Shown piece by piece: positions 27,857 to 41,672 of a DNA stretch of 64,000 nt. The notes below the pieces were generated by a model that worked only from the letters and a program-made list of their open reading frames with translations, did no database searches and was not told the DNA's origin. Origin of the DNA: Faecousia sp. GTDB taxonomy: Bacteria > Bacillota > Clostridia > Oscillospirales > Oscillospiraceae. Within the stretch, counting starts at the first letter, position 1; each line of letters starts with the position of its first letter. Where the stretch lies: NCBI GenBank assembly GCA_045579965.1, contig JAZNMX010000036.1:90389-154388 (forward strand), written 5' to 3'. Position numbers and translations under genes: made by a program.

Positions 27857-28261
27857 ATGCTGTATTTTCTTGCTGATGCTGCTGCCGATGCAGCCCAGAA
27901 CCCCGGCGGCGGTCTGATGAGCACCATCATCATGCTGGCTGTAATGGTTGGCGTATTCTATTTTATGCTGATCCGTCCCGAAAACAAGCGTAAGAAGGAA
28001 GCTGAGCAGCTGCGCGCCAGCATTAAGACCGGCGATAAGGTTACCACCATCGGCGGTATTATCGGTACTGTGGTCAATGTCAAGGACGACAAGTTTGTTC
28101 TGGAGACCGGCGCTGATCAGGTTCGGATTGAGTTTGCAAAGTGGGCTGTGTCCACCAATGAAACTGCCGCTGAGGCTGCCAAGGAAGCTGCCAAGAAGGC
28201 CCAGGAAGAAAAGGCCAAGGCAAAGGCTGCCAAGAAGGTCAAGAAGAACATCGACGGCTAA
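27857..28261 (+). CDS. yajC: Preprotein translocase subunit YajC
   Basis: FYFMLIRP, GDKVTTIGGIIG; follows tgt. Confidence 0.93.
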   Translation: MLYFLADAAADAAQNPGGGLMSTIIMLAVMVGVFYFMLIRPENKRKKEAEQLRASIKTGDKVTTIGGIIGTVVNVKDDKFVLETGADQVRIEFAKWAVSTNETAAEAAKEAAKKAQEEKAKAKAAKKVKKNIDG

Positions 28262-28278
28262 TAAAAAAGTGCTTCGGA

Positions 28279-29226
28279 TTATTCCGAAGCACTTTTTGTA
28301 TCCACCAGGATTTCTTTCGCAATATAAATCTGCCGATTTTTGCTTTGCTCAAAGGTTTTGCCCACATACTCACCGATGATGCCGATACATATTAGCTGAA
28401 TGCCGCCCAAAAGAAGAATCAGCACGATGATGGTGGCATAACCGGGAATGTCAATACCCACAATCAGCTTTTGCAAGACAACCACAATCAAATAGATGGC
28501 AGCGGCAAAGGCAGTCAGTCCGCCAAGATAGGTTGCAATCCGCAGAGGACGGGTAGAGAAGCCGATAATGCCGTCGATGGCGTAATTCATCAGCTTCTTG
28601 AAATTCCACTTTGTAGTGCCTGCAGCGCGCTCACAGGCGGTGTAGGGGATAAAGCAGGTCTCATAACCAACCCAGGCGAAAATGCCCTTGGAGAACCGGT
28701 GGTACTCGCCCATTTTCAGAATACTTTCCGCAACGGAGCGGCGGAAGGTACGGAAATCGCTGGCATCGGCATGGAGATTGACATCAGAAAGACGGTTGAT
28801 AACGGCATAAAAGCACTTTTTAAAGAAGGACAGTACCTTGCCTTCGCCCCGGCGGTCCTGATATGCGGCAACTACGTCGTACTGTTCCTGCTCCTCAAGA
28901 ATTTTCACCATATCCCGAACGATTTCCGGGCGCTGCTGCAGGTCGGCATCGATGAGGGAGATGTATTCGCCCTCGGCATGCTGAAGGCCTGCGTAAAGAC
29001 CGGCTTCCTTACCAAAATTCCGGGAGAAGGAAACGACCTTGACGGGACACTTTTGGGCAGCATACAGCTTCTTCAAATTGTGCAGGGTAGCATCCTTGCT
29101 TCCGTCGTCTATATAAACGATTTCATAGTCATATCCGCAGCCAGAGAAGGCGGAAATCACCGCATCCTGAAAGGCAGCGACATTCTCCGCTTCGTTATAG
29201 CAGGGAACGACAAGAGATAGCTTCAT
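28279..29226 (-). CDS. GT2 polyprenyl-phosphate glycosyltransferase (GtrB/YkoT-like)
   Basis: VVPCYNE, DDGSKD, FSRNFGKEA, DADLQ, two C-terminal TMs, GEYVG. Confidence 0.92.
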   Translation of the reverse strand: MKLSLVVPCYNEAENVAAFQDAVISAFSGCGYDYEIVYIDDGSKDATLHNLKKLYAAQKCPVKVVSFSRNFGKEAGLYAGLQHAEGEYISLIDADLQQRPEIVRDMVKILEEQEQYDVVAAYQDRRGEGKVLSFFKKCFYAVINRLSDVNLHADASDFRTFRRSVAESILKMGEYHRFSKGIFAWVGYETCFIPYTACERAAGTTKWNFKKLMNYAIDGIIGFSTRPLRIATYLGGLTAFAAAIYLIVVVLQKLIVGIDIPGYATIIVLILLLGGIQLICIGIIGEYVGKTFEQSKNRQIYIAKEILVDTKSASE

Positions 29227-29339
29227 TGGTATCAACTCACAATCAAAGATTATGAAAATATTATATGTGGGGGTTTGGGGAAAGTCAAGGAAATGTTAAA
29301 GGTTGACAACAAATTGGAAATGTGGTATTTTATCTCCAG

Positions 29340-29565
29340 AAATGCTTGGATGGAGAGGTTCTGCCCCGAAATTTCTTTCAGAGAGTGCGCATTTGGTGCG
29401 AGCGCACAGAAATATGGGCAGATGGTCGCTCCGGAGCTTGCTCCTTGAAACATCAGTAGGGGAGTGCGGGTGTGCCCGTTACAGCTTTTAAGTGCCCGAA
29501 AGGGAATTCAGGTGGTACCGCGGAAATTTTTCGCCCTGAGCATGTTTGCTCGGGGCGTTTTTTGT
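29340..29565 (+). promoter_or_regulatory. T-box riboswitch (Val specifier GTC at 29425-29427)
   Basis: AGAGA and GGTGCGA stem I motifs, AGTA box, AGGTGGTACCGCGG, terminator CGCCCTGAGC...GCTCGGGGCG plus T run; TTGACA-17-TATTTT promoter at 29303-29331. Confidence 0.9.
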
Positions 29566-29585
29566 TTGAGAAAGGAGTGCTTATT

Positions 29586-32225
29586 ATGGCAAGAGAGCTG
29601 CCGAAGGTGTATGAACCCCAGCAGGTAGAATCCAGAATTTATGAAATGTGGGAAAAGGGTGGCTATTTCCATCCGGAAATTGACAAGTCCAGGAAACCCT
29701 TTACCATTGTTATGCCGCCCCCCAATGTTACCGGTCAGCTCCACATGGGTCACGCCATGGACGCAACGCTGCAGGATACTCTGATTCGCTTTAAGCGGAT
29801 GCAGGGCTACAACACCCTCTGGGTGCCCGGTGTGGACCATGCCGGCATCGCTACCCAGATTAAGGTGGAGGAAGAGCTGCGTAAGGAAGGTCTGACCCGC
29901 TACGATTTGGGCCGTGAGAAGTTCCTGGAGCGGGTTTGGGACTGGAAGCACAAGTACGGCAACGGGATTGTGCAGCAGCAGAAGAAACTGGGCGCAAGCT
30001 GCGACTGGGAGCGCGCCCGCTTCACCATGGACGAGGGTTGCTCCAAGGCTGTCCGTGAGGTCTTCGTTTCTCTGTACGAAAAGGGCTTAATCTATAAGGG
30101 CAGCCGGATTATCAACTGGTGCCCCCACTGTGTTACCGCTCTTTCCGACGCGGAAGTGGAGTATGTGGACAAGCCCGGCAAGCTGTGGCATATCCGTTAT
30201 CCTCTGGCTGACGGTAGCGGGGAAGTGGTAGTTGCCACCACCCGTCCGGAGACGATGCTGGGCGATACCGGTGTCTGCGTCAACCCCAACGACGAGCGAT
30301 ATCAGCACATTATCGGCAAGACGGTCATTCTGCCGCTGGTCAATAAGGAAATTCCCATCGTTGCCGACGATTACGCGGAGATGGAATTCGGTACGGGCTG
30401 CGTGAAGATGACCCCTGCTCACGACCCCAATGACTTTGAAGTTGGTCTTCGCCACAATCTGGAGATTATCCGGGTGCTGGACGACAACGGCAAGGTAAAC
30501 GAACTGGGCGGCAAGTACGAGGGTCTGGACCGCTACGAGGCAAGAGCCAAAATTGTCGCCGATTTGGAGGCTCAGGGCTATCTGGTGCAGATTGAGGACC
30601 ATGCTCATAACGTTGGTACCTGCTACCGCTGCCACAACGATGTGGAGCCCATTATCTCTGCCCAGTGGTTCGTGAAGATGAAGTCTTTGGCAGATGAAGC
30701 CATCCGCTGTGTCAAGGACGGCGAAACCAAGTTTGTTCCCGAGCGCTTCACCAAGAACTATATGAACTGGATGGAAAACATCCGGGATTGGTGTATCTCC
30801 CGTCAGCTGTGGTGGGGTCATCAGATTCCCGTGTGGTACTGCGCCGACTGCGGCCATATGACCTGCAGCCGTGAGGATGCCACCGCCTGCGAAAAGTGCG
30901 GCAGCACCAACATTGAGCGGGATCCAGATGTTTTGGATACCTGGTTCAGTTCCGCACTGTGGCCCTTTGAGACCCTGGGCTGGCCGGAAAACACGGCGGA
31001 CCTTGAGCATTTCTATCCCACCGATGTTCTGGTCACCGGCTACGATATCATCACCTTCTGGGGATCCCGTATGATCGTCTCCGGTCTTGAGCATACGGAG
31101 AAAGCCCCCTTCCACACCGTGTTAATTCATGGTCTTGTCCGGGATGACAAGGGCCGGAAGATGTCCAAATCTCTGGGCAACGGCATCGATCCCCTGGAGA
31201 TGATTGAAAAGTATGGCTGTGATGCGCTGAGAATGAACATGGTTACCGGCAATTCTCCAGGAAACGATATGCGTTTCTATGTGGAGCGGTGTGAGGCAAT
31301 GCGCAACTTTGCCAATAAGCTGTGGAATGCCTCCCGTTATGTGATGATGAACCTTTCCGAGGGCGCTGAAAACCGTCTGCCGGAAGAGAGCGCTTTGGAA
31401 ATTGCCGACAAGTGGGTGCTGTCCAAGCTGAATACCTTGATTGCCGAGGTTACCGAGAATCTGGAAAAGTACGAGCTGGGTATTGCCGTGCAGAAGATGT
31501 ACGACTTTATTTGGGATACCTACTGCGACTGGTATATCGAGCTGACCAAGGCCCGTCTGTACAGCGAGGACGAAAGCCGTAAGCAGACTGCCATCTCTGT
31601 TCTGACCTATGTCCTTGACCAGACTCTGCGGCTCCTGCATCCGTTTATGCCCTTCATTACGGAAGAAATCTGGCAGAGCCTGCCCCATGAGGAAGATGCG
31701 CTGATCGTTGCCAAGTGGCCCGAGTATCAGCAGAAGCTGGCATTTAAGGAAGAAGAAACCCTGATGGAATCCGTGATGAACGCTATTCGCGCCATCCGGA
31801 ACCGCCGGGCGGAAATGAACGTGCCCCCCAGCAAGAAGGCTGAGCTGTTTGTGCTTACCGCCAAGCCTCAGGTATTTACCGAGGGCGAGGGCTTTATCCA
31901 GCGCCTTGCCTATGCGGACAAGGTGACCCTGCTTACCAAGGAGCCGGAGAATCTGGACGGAATGGTGACCTGCGCCACTGCTGATGCAAAGCTTTATATT
32001 CCCATGGGTCAGCTGGTGGATGTTGCCAAAGAGCTGGAGCGGATTGGTAAGGAACTGGAAACCAACCGCAAATTCCTGGCATCTCTGGAAGCCAAGCTTT
32101 CCAACGAAAAGTTTGTATCCCGGGCTCCCGAGGCTGTGGTTGCCGCAGAGCGGGAAAAGGCCCAGCGCACCAAGGATTTGATTGCTCAGCTGGAGCAGAG
32201 CGAACAAGCACTTAAAAATCTATAA
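29586..32225 (+). CDS. valS: Valyl-tRNA synthetase
   Basis: [31 protein letters not shown]-terminal coiled coil. Confidence 0.98.
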   Translation: MARELPKVYEPQQVESRIYEMWEKGGYFHPEIDKSRKPFTIVMPPPNVTGQLHMGHAMDATLQDTLIRFKRMQGYNTLWVPGVDHAGIATQIKVEEELRKEGLTRYDLGREKFLERVWDWKHKYGNGIVQQQKKLGASCDWERARFTMDEGCSKAVREVFVSLYEKGLIYKGSRIINWCPHCVTALSDAEVEYVDKPGKLWHIRYPLADGSGEVVVATTRPETMLGDTGVCVNPNDERYQHIIGKTVILPLVNKEIPIVADDYAEMEFGTGCVKMTPAHDPNDFEVGLRHNLEIIRVLDDNGKVNELGGKYEGLDRYEARAKIVADLEAQGYLVQIEDHAHNVGTCYRCHNDVEPIISAQWFVKMKSLADEAIRCVKDGETKFVPERFTKNYMNWMENIRDWCISRQLWWGHQIPVWYCADCGHMTCSREDATACEKCGSTNIERDPDVLDTWFSSALWPFETLGWPENTADLEHFYPTDVLVTGYDIITFWGSRMIVSGLEHTEKAPFHTVLIHGLVRDDKGRKMSKSLGNGIDPLEMIEKYGCDALRMNMVTGNSPGNDMRFYVERCEAMRNFANKLWNASRYVMMNLSEGAENRLPEESALEIADKWVLSKLNTLIAEVTENLEKYELGIAVQKMYDFIWDTYCDWYIELTKARLYSEDESRKQTAISVLTYVLDQTLRLLHPFMPFITEEIWQSLPHEEDALIVAKWPEYQQKLAFKEEETLMESVMNAIRAIRNRRAEMNVPPSKKAELFVLTAKPQVFTEGEGFIQRLAYADKVTLLTKEPENLDGMVTCATADAKLYIPMGQLVDVAKELERIGKELETNRKFLASLEAKLSNEKFVSRAPEAVVAAEREKAQRTKDLIAQLEQSEQALKNL

Positions 32226-32238
32226 TCCCATCTTTTAT

Positions 32239-32275
32239 ACTTCTCACCAATCTTTTGATTGGTGAGAAGTTTTTT
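32239..32275 (+). terminator. Intrinsic terminator after valS
   Basis: ACTTCTCACCAATC-TTTT-GATTGGTGAGAAGT plus T run. Confidence 0.85.
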
Positions 32276-32349
32276 ATATTACCCAATGCGACGAAATATC
32301 CAATTCAAAAGCGATATACTGTGTTTGACAATAAAAAGGAGGAGATATC

Positions 32350-32667
32350 ATGCAGTTTACCAGTTATCTGGAAAACGGACATTTGACAGTTGCTTTAACC
32401 GGTGAAATCGACCACCATCGGGCAAAGGACTGTATTAACGCCATTTTGGGGAAGATTGAAGCATATACGCCGGAGATTTGCAGTCTGGATTTTTCCGAAG
32501 TAACCTTTGTGGATTCCTCAGGAATTGCCGTGGTTATCAACGCATTGCGGGCCATGGCACAAATCGAAGGTAAGCTGATTTTGACCGGAATCTGTCCCCA
32601 GCCGATGCGAGTATTTCGAGCATCCGGAATCGATAAATTGGTAGAAATTCAGGAGGTTGCATCATGA
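32350..32667 (+). CDS. spoIIAA: Anti-sigma F factor antagonist
   Basis: GEIDHH, FVDSSGI STAS domain. Confidence 0.93.
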   Translation: MQFTSYLENGHLTVALTGEIDHHRAKDCINAILGKIEAYTPEICSLDFSEVTFVDSSGIAVVINALRAMAQIEGKLILTGICPQPMRVFRASGIDKLVEIQEVAS

Positions 32668-33095
32668 AATTTAACAACTATATGATTTTGGAGTTTCCAA
32701 GCAAATCCACAAACGAGGCTTTTGCACGGTCTGCAGTTGCCTGCTTTGCCGCCCAGATGGACCCGACTTTGGAGGAGCTGGGTGACATTCGCACAGCGGT
32801 ATCCGAGGCGGTGACCAACTGCATTGTCCATGCTTACCCGGATGAACTGGGTATCATCACCCTGCGCTGCCGGATTCTCAAGGACAATGTGCTGGACATT
32901 GTGGTAAAGGATAAAGGCGTAGGGATATCCGACATGGAGCAGGCAAGAAAGCCCATGTTCACCACCGGTGGTGCCGAGCGCAGCGGCATGGGCTTTACCA
33001 TCATGGAAAGCTTTATGACCAGCTTTGATGTTACCTCCGAACCGGGAAAAGGCACTTCGGTACATATGCGCCGGCGGCTGCTGCGACGCAAATGA
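32664..33095 (+). CDS. spoIIAB: Anti-sigma F factor
   Basis: NEAFAR, SEAVTNCIVHAY, ERSGMGFTIMESFM. Confidence 0.96.
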   Translation: MKFNNYMILEFPSKSTNEAFARSAVACFAAQMDPTLEELGDIRTAVSEAVTNCIVHAYPDELGIITLRCRILKDNVLDIVVKDKGVGISDMEQARKPMFTTGGAERSGMGFTIMESFMTSFDVTSEPGKGTSVHMRRRLLRRK

Positions 33096-33796
33096 GTAAT
33101 ACCGAGGAGCTGATTCAGCGGGCGCAGGGCGGAGACAAGGGTGCGTCTGAGCAATTGGTCACGGAAAACGCCGGGCTCATTTGGTCTGTTTCCAAGCGAT
33201 TTCAGGGTAGGGGAACAGACATGGAGGATTTGTATCAGCTGGGGTGTCTGGGCTTTTTAAAAGCCGTTGAGGGCTTTGACCTAGAATACGGAACTCAGTT
33301 TTCCACTTATGCCGTACCGAAAATTGCGGGAGAAATCCGAAGATTCCTGCGGGATGACGGGGCGATTAAGGTATCCCGTTCCCTAAAGGAGCGCGCTGCC
33401 GTCGTTAAGACTCTGAGAAATCAGTTGACTGCCACCCTTGGCAGAGAACCGACAATCAGCGAGATCGCAGAACAAACCGGTCTGACACCGGAAGAAATCG
33501 CCTTAGCGGAAACCGCCACCGCCGCCACGGAATCCATTCAGCGGGAATCCGGTGAAGAGGGTTTTTCTCTGGAGAATATTCTTTCCGATACAGAGTCAGA
33601 GGATACTTTGGTGGAACGGATTTCCCTGCGGCAGGCCATTTCCAATCTTCCTGATCGGGAGGCAATCGTGGTCAAGCTGCGGTATTTCCACGGCATGACT
33701 CAGGACCGGATTGCCAAGGTTTTGGCCGTCAGCCAGGTTCAGGTATCCCGGATTGAGAAGAAAGCGATTGCCCAGCTTCGGGACCTGCTGAAATAG
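33092..33796 (+). CDS. sigF: RNA polymerase sporulation sigma factor F
   Basis: FSTYAVPKIAGEIRRFLRDDG, SQVQVSRIEKK; third gene of spoIIA operon. Confidence 0.93.
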   Translation: MSNTEELIQRAQGGDKGASEQLVTENAGLIWSVSKRFQGRGTDMEDLYQLGCLGFLKAVEGFDLEYGTQFSTYAVPKIAGEIRRFLRDDGAIKVSRSLKERAAVVKTLRNQLTATLGREPTISEIAEQTGLTPEEIALAETATAATESIQRESGEEGFSLENILSDTESEDTLVERISLRQAISNLPDREAIVVKLRYFHGMTQDRIAKVLAVSQVQVSRIEKKAIAQLRDLLK

Positions 33797-33864
33797 AAAA
33801 TAATGCTTTACCTTTACCGCTAAATAGAGTAAAATAGACCTATCAAGCAAAGATAGGTGCTATT

Positions 33865-36258
33865 ATGAACGAAAGCTATGAATTAAGATTTCTGCAGGCT
33901 CGCATGGCGTATATCCGGTCCCAGTTTGAAAGCCTTAATCCCATGCAGCAGGAAGCGGTTTTGACCACGGAGGGGCCGCTTTTGCTGCTTGCCGGCGCGG
34001 GAAGCGGAAAAACCACTGTTCTGATTCACCGGATCGCCAATCTGATGCGGTTCGGCCGGGGCAGTGACAGCAGGGAAGTCCCGGATTACATATCCGAGGA
34101 GGATGTTCTGTTTCTGGAAAATATTCCCCAAGTGTTATCGGATATGGACCGCCACCGGGCGGATTTTCTCTGCGGGATTCAGCCGGCAGATCCCTGGAGC
34201 ATCATTGCCATTACCTTTACCAACAAAGCAGCCGGTGAATTAAAGCAGCGGCTGGAAGCCATGCTTGGCCCTGCAGCCAACGATATCTGGGCCATGACCT
34301 TCCACTCCGCCTGCTGCCGGATTCTTCGGCGGAACATTGAACATCTGGGTTATACCGGAAGCTTCACCATCTACGATTCCGATGACTCGGAACGGGTGAT
34401 GAAGGGCATCCTCAAGGACATGGGTCTGGACGATAAGACCTTTCCTGCCCGATATGTCCTGAGCATCATCAGCCGGGAAAAGGACAGAATGATTTCCCCC
34501 GAAGAAATGCTGGAACGGGTTGAAAATTACAACGACCTGAAACTTCTGCCCATTGCCAAGGCGTACAAAAAGTACCAGACGCAGCTGAAAGAGAACAACG
34601 CGCTGGACTTTGACGACATTATTTTGCTCACCGTTAAGCTTTTGCAGGAGCATGAAGATATCCGAACCTATTATCAGCGGAAGTTCCGGTATGTGCTGGT
34701 GGACGAGTATCAGGACACCAACCATCTTCAGTATCTGCTCACTTCGCTCCTTGCCGGCGGTTACGAAAATATCTGCGTGGTTGGCGACGATGACCAGAGC
34801 ATTTACCGCTTCCGGGGGGCAACAATTGAGAATATTCTGGACTTTGAAAAGCAGTACCGGGGGGCAAGAGTGATTCGTCTGGAGCAGAATTACCGCTCTA
34901 CCCAGGCAATTCTCAACGCAGCCAATGCCATTATTGCCCACAACATCGGGCGTAAGGGTAAAAAGCTGTGGACAGCCAACGGCGCAGGAAACCCCATTAC
35001 TGTCTATGAGGCCCCCGACGAAGGCGCGGAGGCCAACTACATTGCCGGGAAAATCTTCTCCGCCACCAAGGGCAAGGGCTTCAGCGAGCATGCCATTTTG
35101 TACCGCACCAACGCCCAATCCAACGCCCTGGAATATGCCTTCAAGCGCAACGGAATTCCGTACCGCATCATCGGCGGTACACGGTTCTTTGACCGGGCGG
35201 AAATCAAGGATATGCTGGCATACCTGTGTGTCATCAATAACCGGTCCGACGATTTGCGCCTGCGCAGAATTGTCAACAATCCCCCCAGAGGGTTAGGCCC
35301 CAAGGCGCTCGAAACTGCCACTCGGTTGGCTACTGCAGAGCAGGTGCCGCTGTATACCGTTCTTTCCAATCCGGAAGCCTATGCTCCCCTGGAAAAGCCC
35401 GGTGCAAAAATGAAGCAGTTTTCCATCCTCATTGAGGAGCTTGCCCAGCTATTGGAAGAGGGCATGAGTCTGGTGGATTTCTATGAGGAAGTCATGAAGC
35501 GCACCGGCTACGAAGATATGCTGAAGGCCAAGGACACGGTAGAAAACCAGTCCAGACTGGAGAATATCCGGGAATTAAAATCCAGCATTCTCTCCTACAC
35601 CCAGAATGCGGAAGTGCCGACGCTGGAAGGCTTTTTGGAGGAAATTGCCCTGTATACCGATATTGAGGAATACAACGAAGGGGACGATGCCGTGGTGATG
35701 ATGACCATGCACGCATCCAAGGGTCTGGAATTCCCCAATGTGTACCTGGTAGGCTTTGAGGACGGACTGTTTCCCAGCAGCCGATCCATCGGTGACCGGG
35801 AGGAAATGGAAGAGGAGCGGCGGCTTTGCTATGTTGCCGTCACCCGGGCCAAGAAGACATTGACTATTTCTCATGCCCGGCAAAGAATGCTCTATGGCCG
35901 AACCAGCGCCAGTTTGCCCTCCCGATTCCTAAAGGAACTCCCCCAAGATGAGATTGAGCGGAAGGGTAGCGCTGCTCCCAAACAGAGCGCCTACCGCTCT
36001 GAATTCGGAGATTTTGCCGCCTACCAGAACTGGCAGATTCCAAAGAAACCCAAGCCTGTTACCTATGCCACACCGGAGAAAACTACCTATATTGAACTGA
36101 ACAAAGGCGATATGGTTCAGCACACCGCCTTTGGCCGGGGTATGGTTCTGTCGGTTATGAAAATGGGCGGCGATGCGCTGCTGGAGATTGCCTTTGACCA
36201 GATCGGCACCAAGCGGCTAATGGCAAAAACTGCCTCCGCTCATATTAAAAAACTGTAA
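33865..36258 (+). CDS. pcrA: UvrD/PcrA ATP-dependent DNA helicase
   Basis: AGAGSGKT, DEYQDTN, GDDDQSIY, HASKGLEF, EERRLCYVA, C-terminal Tudor-like domain. Confidence 0.93.
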   Translation: MNESYELRFLQARMAYIRSQFESLNPMQQEAVLTTEGPLLLLAGAGSGKTTVLIHRIANLMRFGRGSDSREVPDYISEEDVLFLENIPQVLSDMDRHRADFLCGIQPADPWSIIAITFTNKAAGELKQRLEAMLGPAANDIWAMTFHSACCRILRRNIEHLGYTGSFTIYDSDDSERVMKGILKDMGLDDKTFPARYVLSIISREKDRMISPEEMLERVENYNDLKLLPIAKAYKKYQTQLKENNALDFDDIILLTVKLLQEHEDIRTYYQRKFRYVLVDEYQDTNHLQYLLTSLLAGGYENICVVGDDDQSIYRFRGATIENILDFEKQYRGARVIRLEQNYRSTQAILNAANAIIAHNIGRKGKKLWTANGAGNPITVYEAPDEGAEANYIAGKIFSATKGKGFSEHAILYRTNAQSNALEYAFKRNGIPYRIIGGTRFFDRAEIKDMLAYLCVINNRSDDLRLRRIVNNPPRGLGPKALETATRLATAEQVPLYTVLSNPEAYAPLEKPGAKMKQFSILIEELAQLLEEGMSLVDFYEEVMKRTGYEDMLKAKDTVENQSRLENIRELKSSILSYTQNAEVPTLEGFLEEIALYTDIEEYNEGDDAVVMMTMHASKGLEFPNVYLVGFEDGLFPSSRSIGDREEMEEERRLCYVAVTRAKKTLTISHARQRMLYGRTSASLPSRFLKELPQDEIERKGSAAPKQSAYRSEFGDFAAYQNWQIPKKPKPVTYATPEKTTYIELNKGDMVQHTAFGRGMVLSVMKMGGDALLEIAFDQIGTKRLMAKTASAHIKKL

Positions 36259-36299
36259 TATTCCCGTTTTTCGCCTCATAAACTCTGTGGGGTGATGCT

Positions 36300-38898
<2,599 letters not shown>

Positions 38899-38934
38899 CA
38901 AATGCGCCGGAGGGATTACCTTCCGGCGCATAAC

Positions 38935-39144
38935 TTATAGGGAAAAATCTTCCTGATCGTATTTTTCAAAATCCGGTGCTTTTGCCTTCAGCGGCATCCG
39001 CTTACAGGGGTCATAGCAGAACTTCCGGCATTTCCCCTCCAGGGATACCACTCCTTTTTTGATGCAAAGGGCCGTATCCTCGTCCAAGGCTGTTGCATGA
39101 ATACAATAGCTGCAGGAGCGCTCGATTTTTTTACGAAACAGCAT
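38935..39144 (-). CDS. Small Cys-rich hypothetical protein (69 aa)
   Basis: GGAGG RBS; CxxC...C...C pattern; shares bidirectional terminator 38902-38931. Confidence 0.7.
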   Translation of the reverse strand: MLFRKKIERSCSYCIHATALDEDTALCIKKGVVSLEGKCRKFCYDPCKRMPLKAKAPDFEKYDQEDFSL

Positions 39145-39217
39145 GGCGTTTCCTCCCGTGTGTTCTTTGATAGGATTATACATCAATCCTCTTAAAAAAG
39201 CTACACTTTTTTGAAAA

Positions 39218-40111
39218 TCACCGCAGAAACAGCCAATATAGGGCAGATAATGTCACACAAACTGCAGTTTGTATCAGCTTTCCCGGGAAATACAGTCCCA
39301 ACCCCAGGGATTTTACCACGGACTTGGTTTGCAGCAGGACGCAGACACCCCCAAGAGAAAGCTGCGCGGAAGCCATTATGAACCGGACACCCTCGTCGGG
39401 AATCGTTCCCAGCGCCCAACAGCCGTTGGCAAGCTCAATCATTCCGGTAAACAGTAGCTGCGCCCATTTTGGGAACAGCCACAGAAACCACCGCTCACAA
39501 AACGAGACAATCACTCTGCAAAGCACAATCCAGCCACATACCTCGGCAAGAATGCTCACAGATTTCCTAAGCGCCTGCTGCAAGGTCAGCACGGGGGCAG
39601 GGCGGATTGCAGCAGACCCAGCTTGTCTGCCCGGAAGTACTGCGCCGGTAATCAGCGCTCCCAGAATATGAATTCCCCAAAGAATCCAGGCATAGCGTAT
39701 TCGGCTAAACCGGGATGCAACGATTCCAAACAAAAATGCCGGTCCTGCGTTGCTGCAAAAACCCAGTAACCGCCGGGCTGCATTTCGGTCAATTTGTCCG
39801 CTTTCATAGGCGTGCGCCACCCCCTGCGCCCCGGTGGGATATCCACCCAGAATCCCTACCAGAAACAGAACCTCACCACCTCTTGGGATTGAACAGAGTT
39901 TGCCAATGGGGCGCAGCAGAGGAATGTTCGACCCCGCAAGAGAGCCAGTCAGCAGCAATGACAGCACAAAAAAGGGGAGCATGGTGGGAATGACGGTACG
40001 TAAACAAAGCTCCATTCCCTCCGATGCGCCGTATAGCGCGGTTTTACTGTCCAGAATCAATATCAAACCGCCTACAGCGGCAAAACAGATTGTCCATACT
40101 TTTTGTTTCAC
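39218..40111 (-). CDS. YlbJ-like sporulation integral membrane protein
   Basis: VIPTMLPFF, LGGYPTGA, FCSNAGPAFL, ELANG. Confidence 0.82.
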   Translation of the reverse strand: MKQKVWTICFAAVGGLILILDSKTALYGASEGMELCLRTVIPTMLPFFVLSLLLTGSLAGSNIPLLRPIGKLCSIPRGGEVLFLVGILGGYPTGAQGVAHAYESGQIDRNAARRLLGFCSNAGPAFLFGIVASRFSRIRYAWILWGIHILGALITGAVLPGRQAGSAAIRPAPVLTLQQALRKSVSILAEVCGWIVLCRVIVSFCERWFLWLFPKWAQLLFTGMIELANGCWALGTIPDEGVRFIMASAQLSLGGVCVLLQTKSVVKSLGLGLYFPGKLIQTAVCVTLSALYWLFLR

Positions 40112-40195
40112 GGTCTATCACCTCACAAGAATCTATGCGCCCTCTGGTTAAATAATCCCATGGGGTTCATAGGATAAGAAAAAGGAGGTTATGCC

Positions 40196-40471
40196 ATGGA
40201 ACGGGGCAGACGGATTGTCCAACGGCTAAGTGAACGGACAGATTTGCAGGATGAGTGCAGCGCCATCCTGCCGCTGATTGAAATTGCGGTAAACCAACGG
40301 GTTTTAATTGAACATCATTGCGGTGTGGTGGAGTACGGACGGCAGAGAATTGTGGTTCGTCTGAAAAAAGGGGAAGTGACCGTACTGGGGGAGGGGCTGG
40401 AGCTTTCCCAGATGACTGCCAGCCAGCTGGTGATTACCGGCTGTATTCACAGCGTGGATTTGGAGGTGTGA
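40196..40471 (+). CDS. yqfC: YabP/YqfC family sporulation protein
   Basis: VLIEHHCGVVEY...ITGCIHSV; upstream of yqfD. Confidence 0.85.
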   Translation: MERGRRIVQRLSERTDLQDECSAILPLIEIAVNQRVLIEHHCGVVEYGRQRIVVRLKKGEVTVLGEGLELSQMTASQLVITGCIHSVDLEV

Positions 40472-40472
40472 C

Positions 40473-41672
40473 ATGGACATTTGGCGTTCACTTACCGGCA
40501 CTTTACAAATTCAGCTGCGCAGCGCCGATCCAACTGGTGTCTTGAAACAACTGTCTGAATGGGGCATTCCAATTCATGGAATCACCCCTGCTGAGGACGG
40601 AATCACACTGACTTTCTGGATTCGTCGGCTGGACTATCGACCATTGGAGCGGCTTGCCCGGAAAAAAGGTATGGAAATGGAAATTCTGGGCCAGGGAGGA
40701 ATGTATTGGGCAGCGGTTCGTATGCTTCGCAGACCGGTCTTGCTCCTCGGACTTGCGTTTTTGTTTTTTCTCTGTATCTACTTACCCAGTCGGGTACTGT
40801 TTTTTCAGGTGGAAGGAAACCGGTATGTGCCTACCAATTATATACTAGAGCAATGCCAGCAGGTGGGAATCCATTTCGGTGCAACCAGAAGCCAAGTACG
40901 GAGCGAACGGGTAAAAAACGCTTTGCTGGAGGTCATTCCTCAGCTGCAGTGGGTGGGGGTGAACACCTCCGGGTGTGTGGCTACCGTCACGGTTAAGGAG
41001 CGCCCACTTGAGGAATCACCTCAGCAAACCTTCGCCTTCTCCAGTATTGTTGCCGCCAGAGACGGCGTGGTTACCAGCTGTACAGCATCCAGGGGGAATC
41101 TCCTGTGCAAGCCCGGTCAAGCCGTAAAAAAGGGACAGGTTCTGATTTCCGGCTACACAGATTGCGGATTATCCATTCAGCTGACCCAGGCGCAAGGGGA
41201 GGTTTACGCCCAGACCAGCCGGGAGATTTCCGCATTTTCCCCGTCCATTACAGGCGCTCGGGGTGAAAAAGCCGGTGCAACGAAAAAATACGCCATAATA
41301 ATCGGAAAAAAACGGATAAATTTCTACAAAGGTAGTGGAATTTCGGATACCACTTGTGATAAAATGTATTCGGAAAGATATGTCACGCTGCCCGGTGGCT
41401 TTCAGCTGCCCATTCGTCTGGTAACAGAGGTCTGGACATCCTATGAATGCAGTCAGCAGGAAACGGACAGCGAGCAGGCAGAATCGATTTTGAAGCAGTT
41501 TACAGACCGGTATCTGCCTTCTGTAATGATTGCAGGCAGAGTGCTGCAGTCTGCTGAGCGGATTACCATGGAAAACGATGCCTATATTCTCTTGGGCAAC
41601 TACGCCTGCCTGGAGATGATCGGGCTGGAAAAGAATGAGGAGATTATTACACCAAATGGGAAATACGATTGA
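40473..41672 (+). CDS. yqfD: Sporulation protein YqfD
   Basis: TM then VEGN, SIVAARDGV, VKKGQVLISG; upstream of phoH. Confidence 0.9.
   Translation: MDIWRSLTGTLQIQLRSADPTGVLKQLSEWGIPIHGITPAEDGITLTFWIRRLDYRPLERLARKKGMEMEILGQGGMYWAAVRMLRRPVLLLGLAFLFFLCIYLPSRVLFFQVEGNRYVPTNYILEQCQQVGIHFGATRSQVRSERVKNALLEVIPQLQWVGVNTSGCVATVTVKERPLEESPQQTFAFSSIVAARDGVVTSCTASRGNLLCKPGQAVKKGQVLISGYTDCGLSIQLTQAQGEVYAQTSREISAFSPSITGARGEKAGATKKYAIIIGKKRINFYKGSGISDTTCDKMYSERYVTLPGGFQLPIRLVTEVWTSYECSQQETDSEQAESILKQFTDRYLPSVMIAGRVLQSAERITMENDAYILLGNYACLEMIGLEKNEEIITPNGKYD

Noticed and set aside
28279-29226. Lone GT2 gene as a phage gtr serotype-conversion cassette
   Set aside because: No gtrA or gtrC partner and no phage genes; such GT2 genes are common chromosomally
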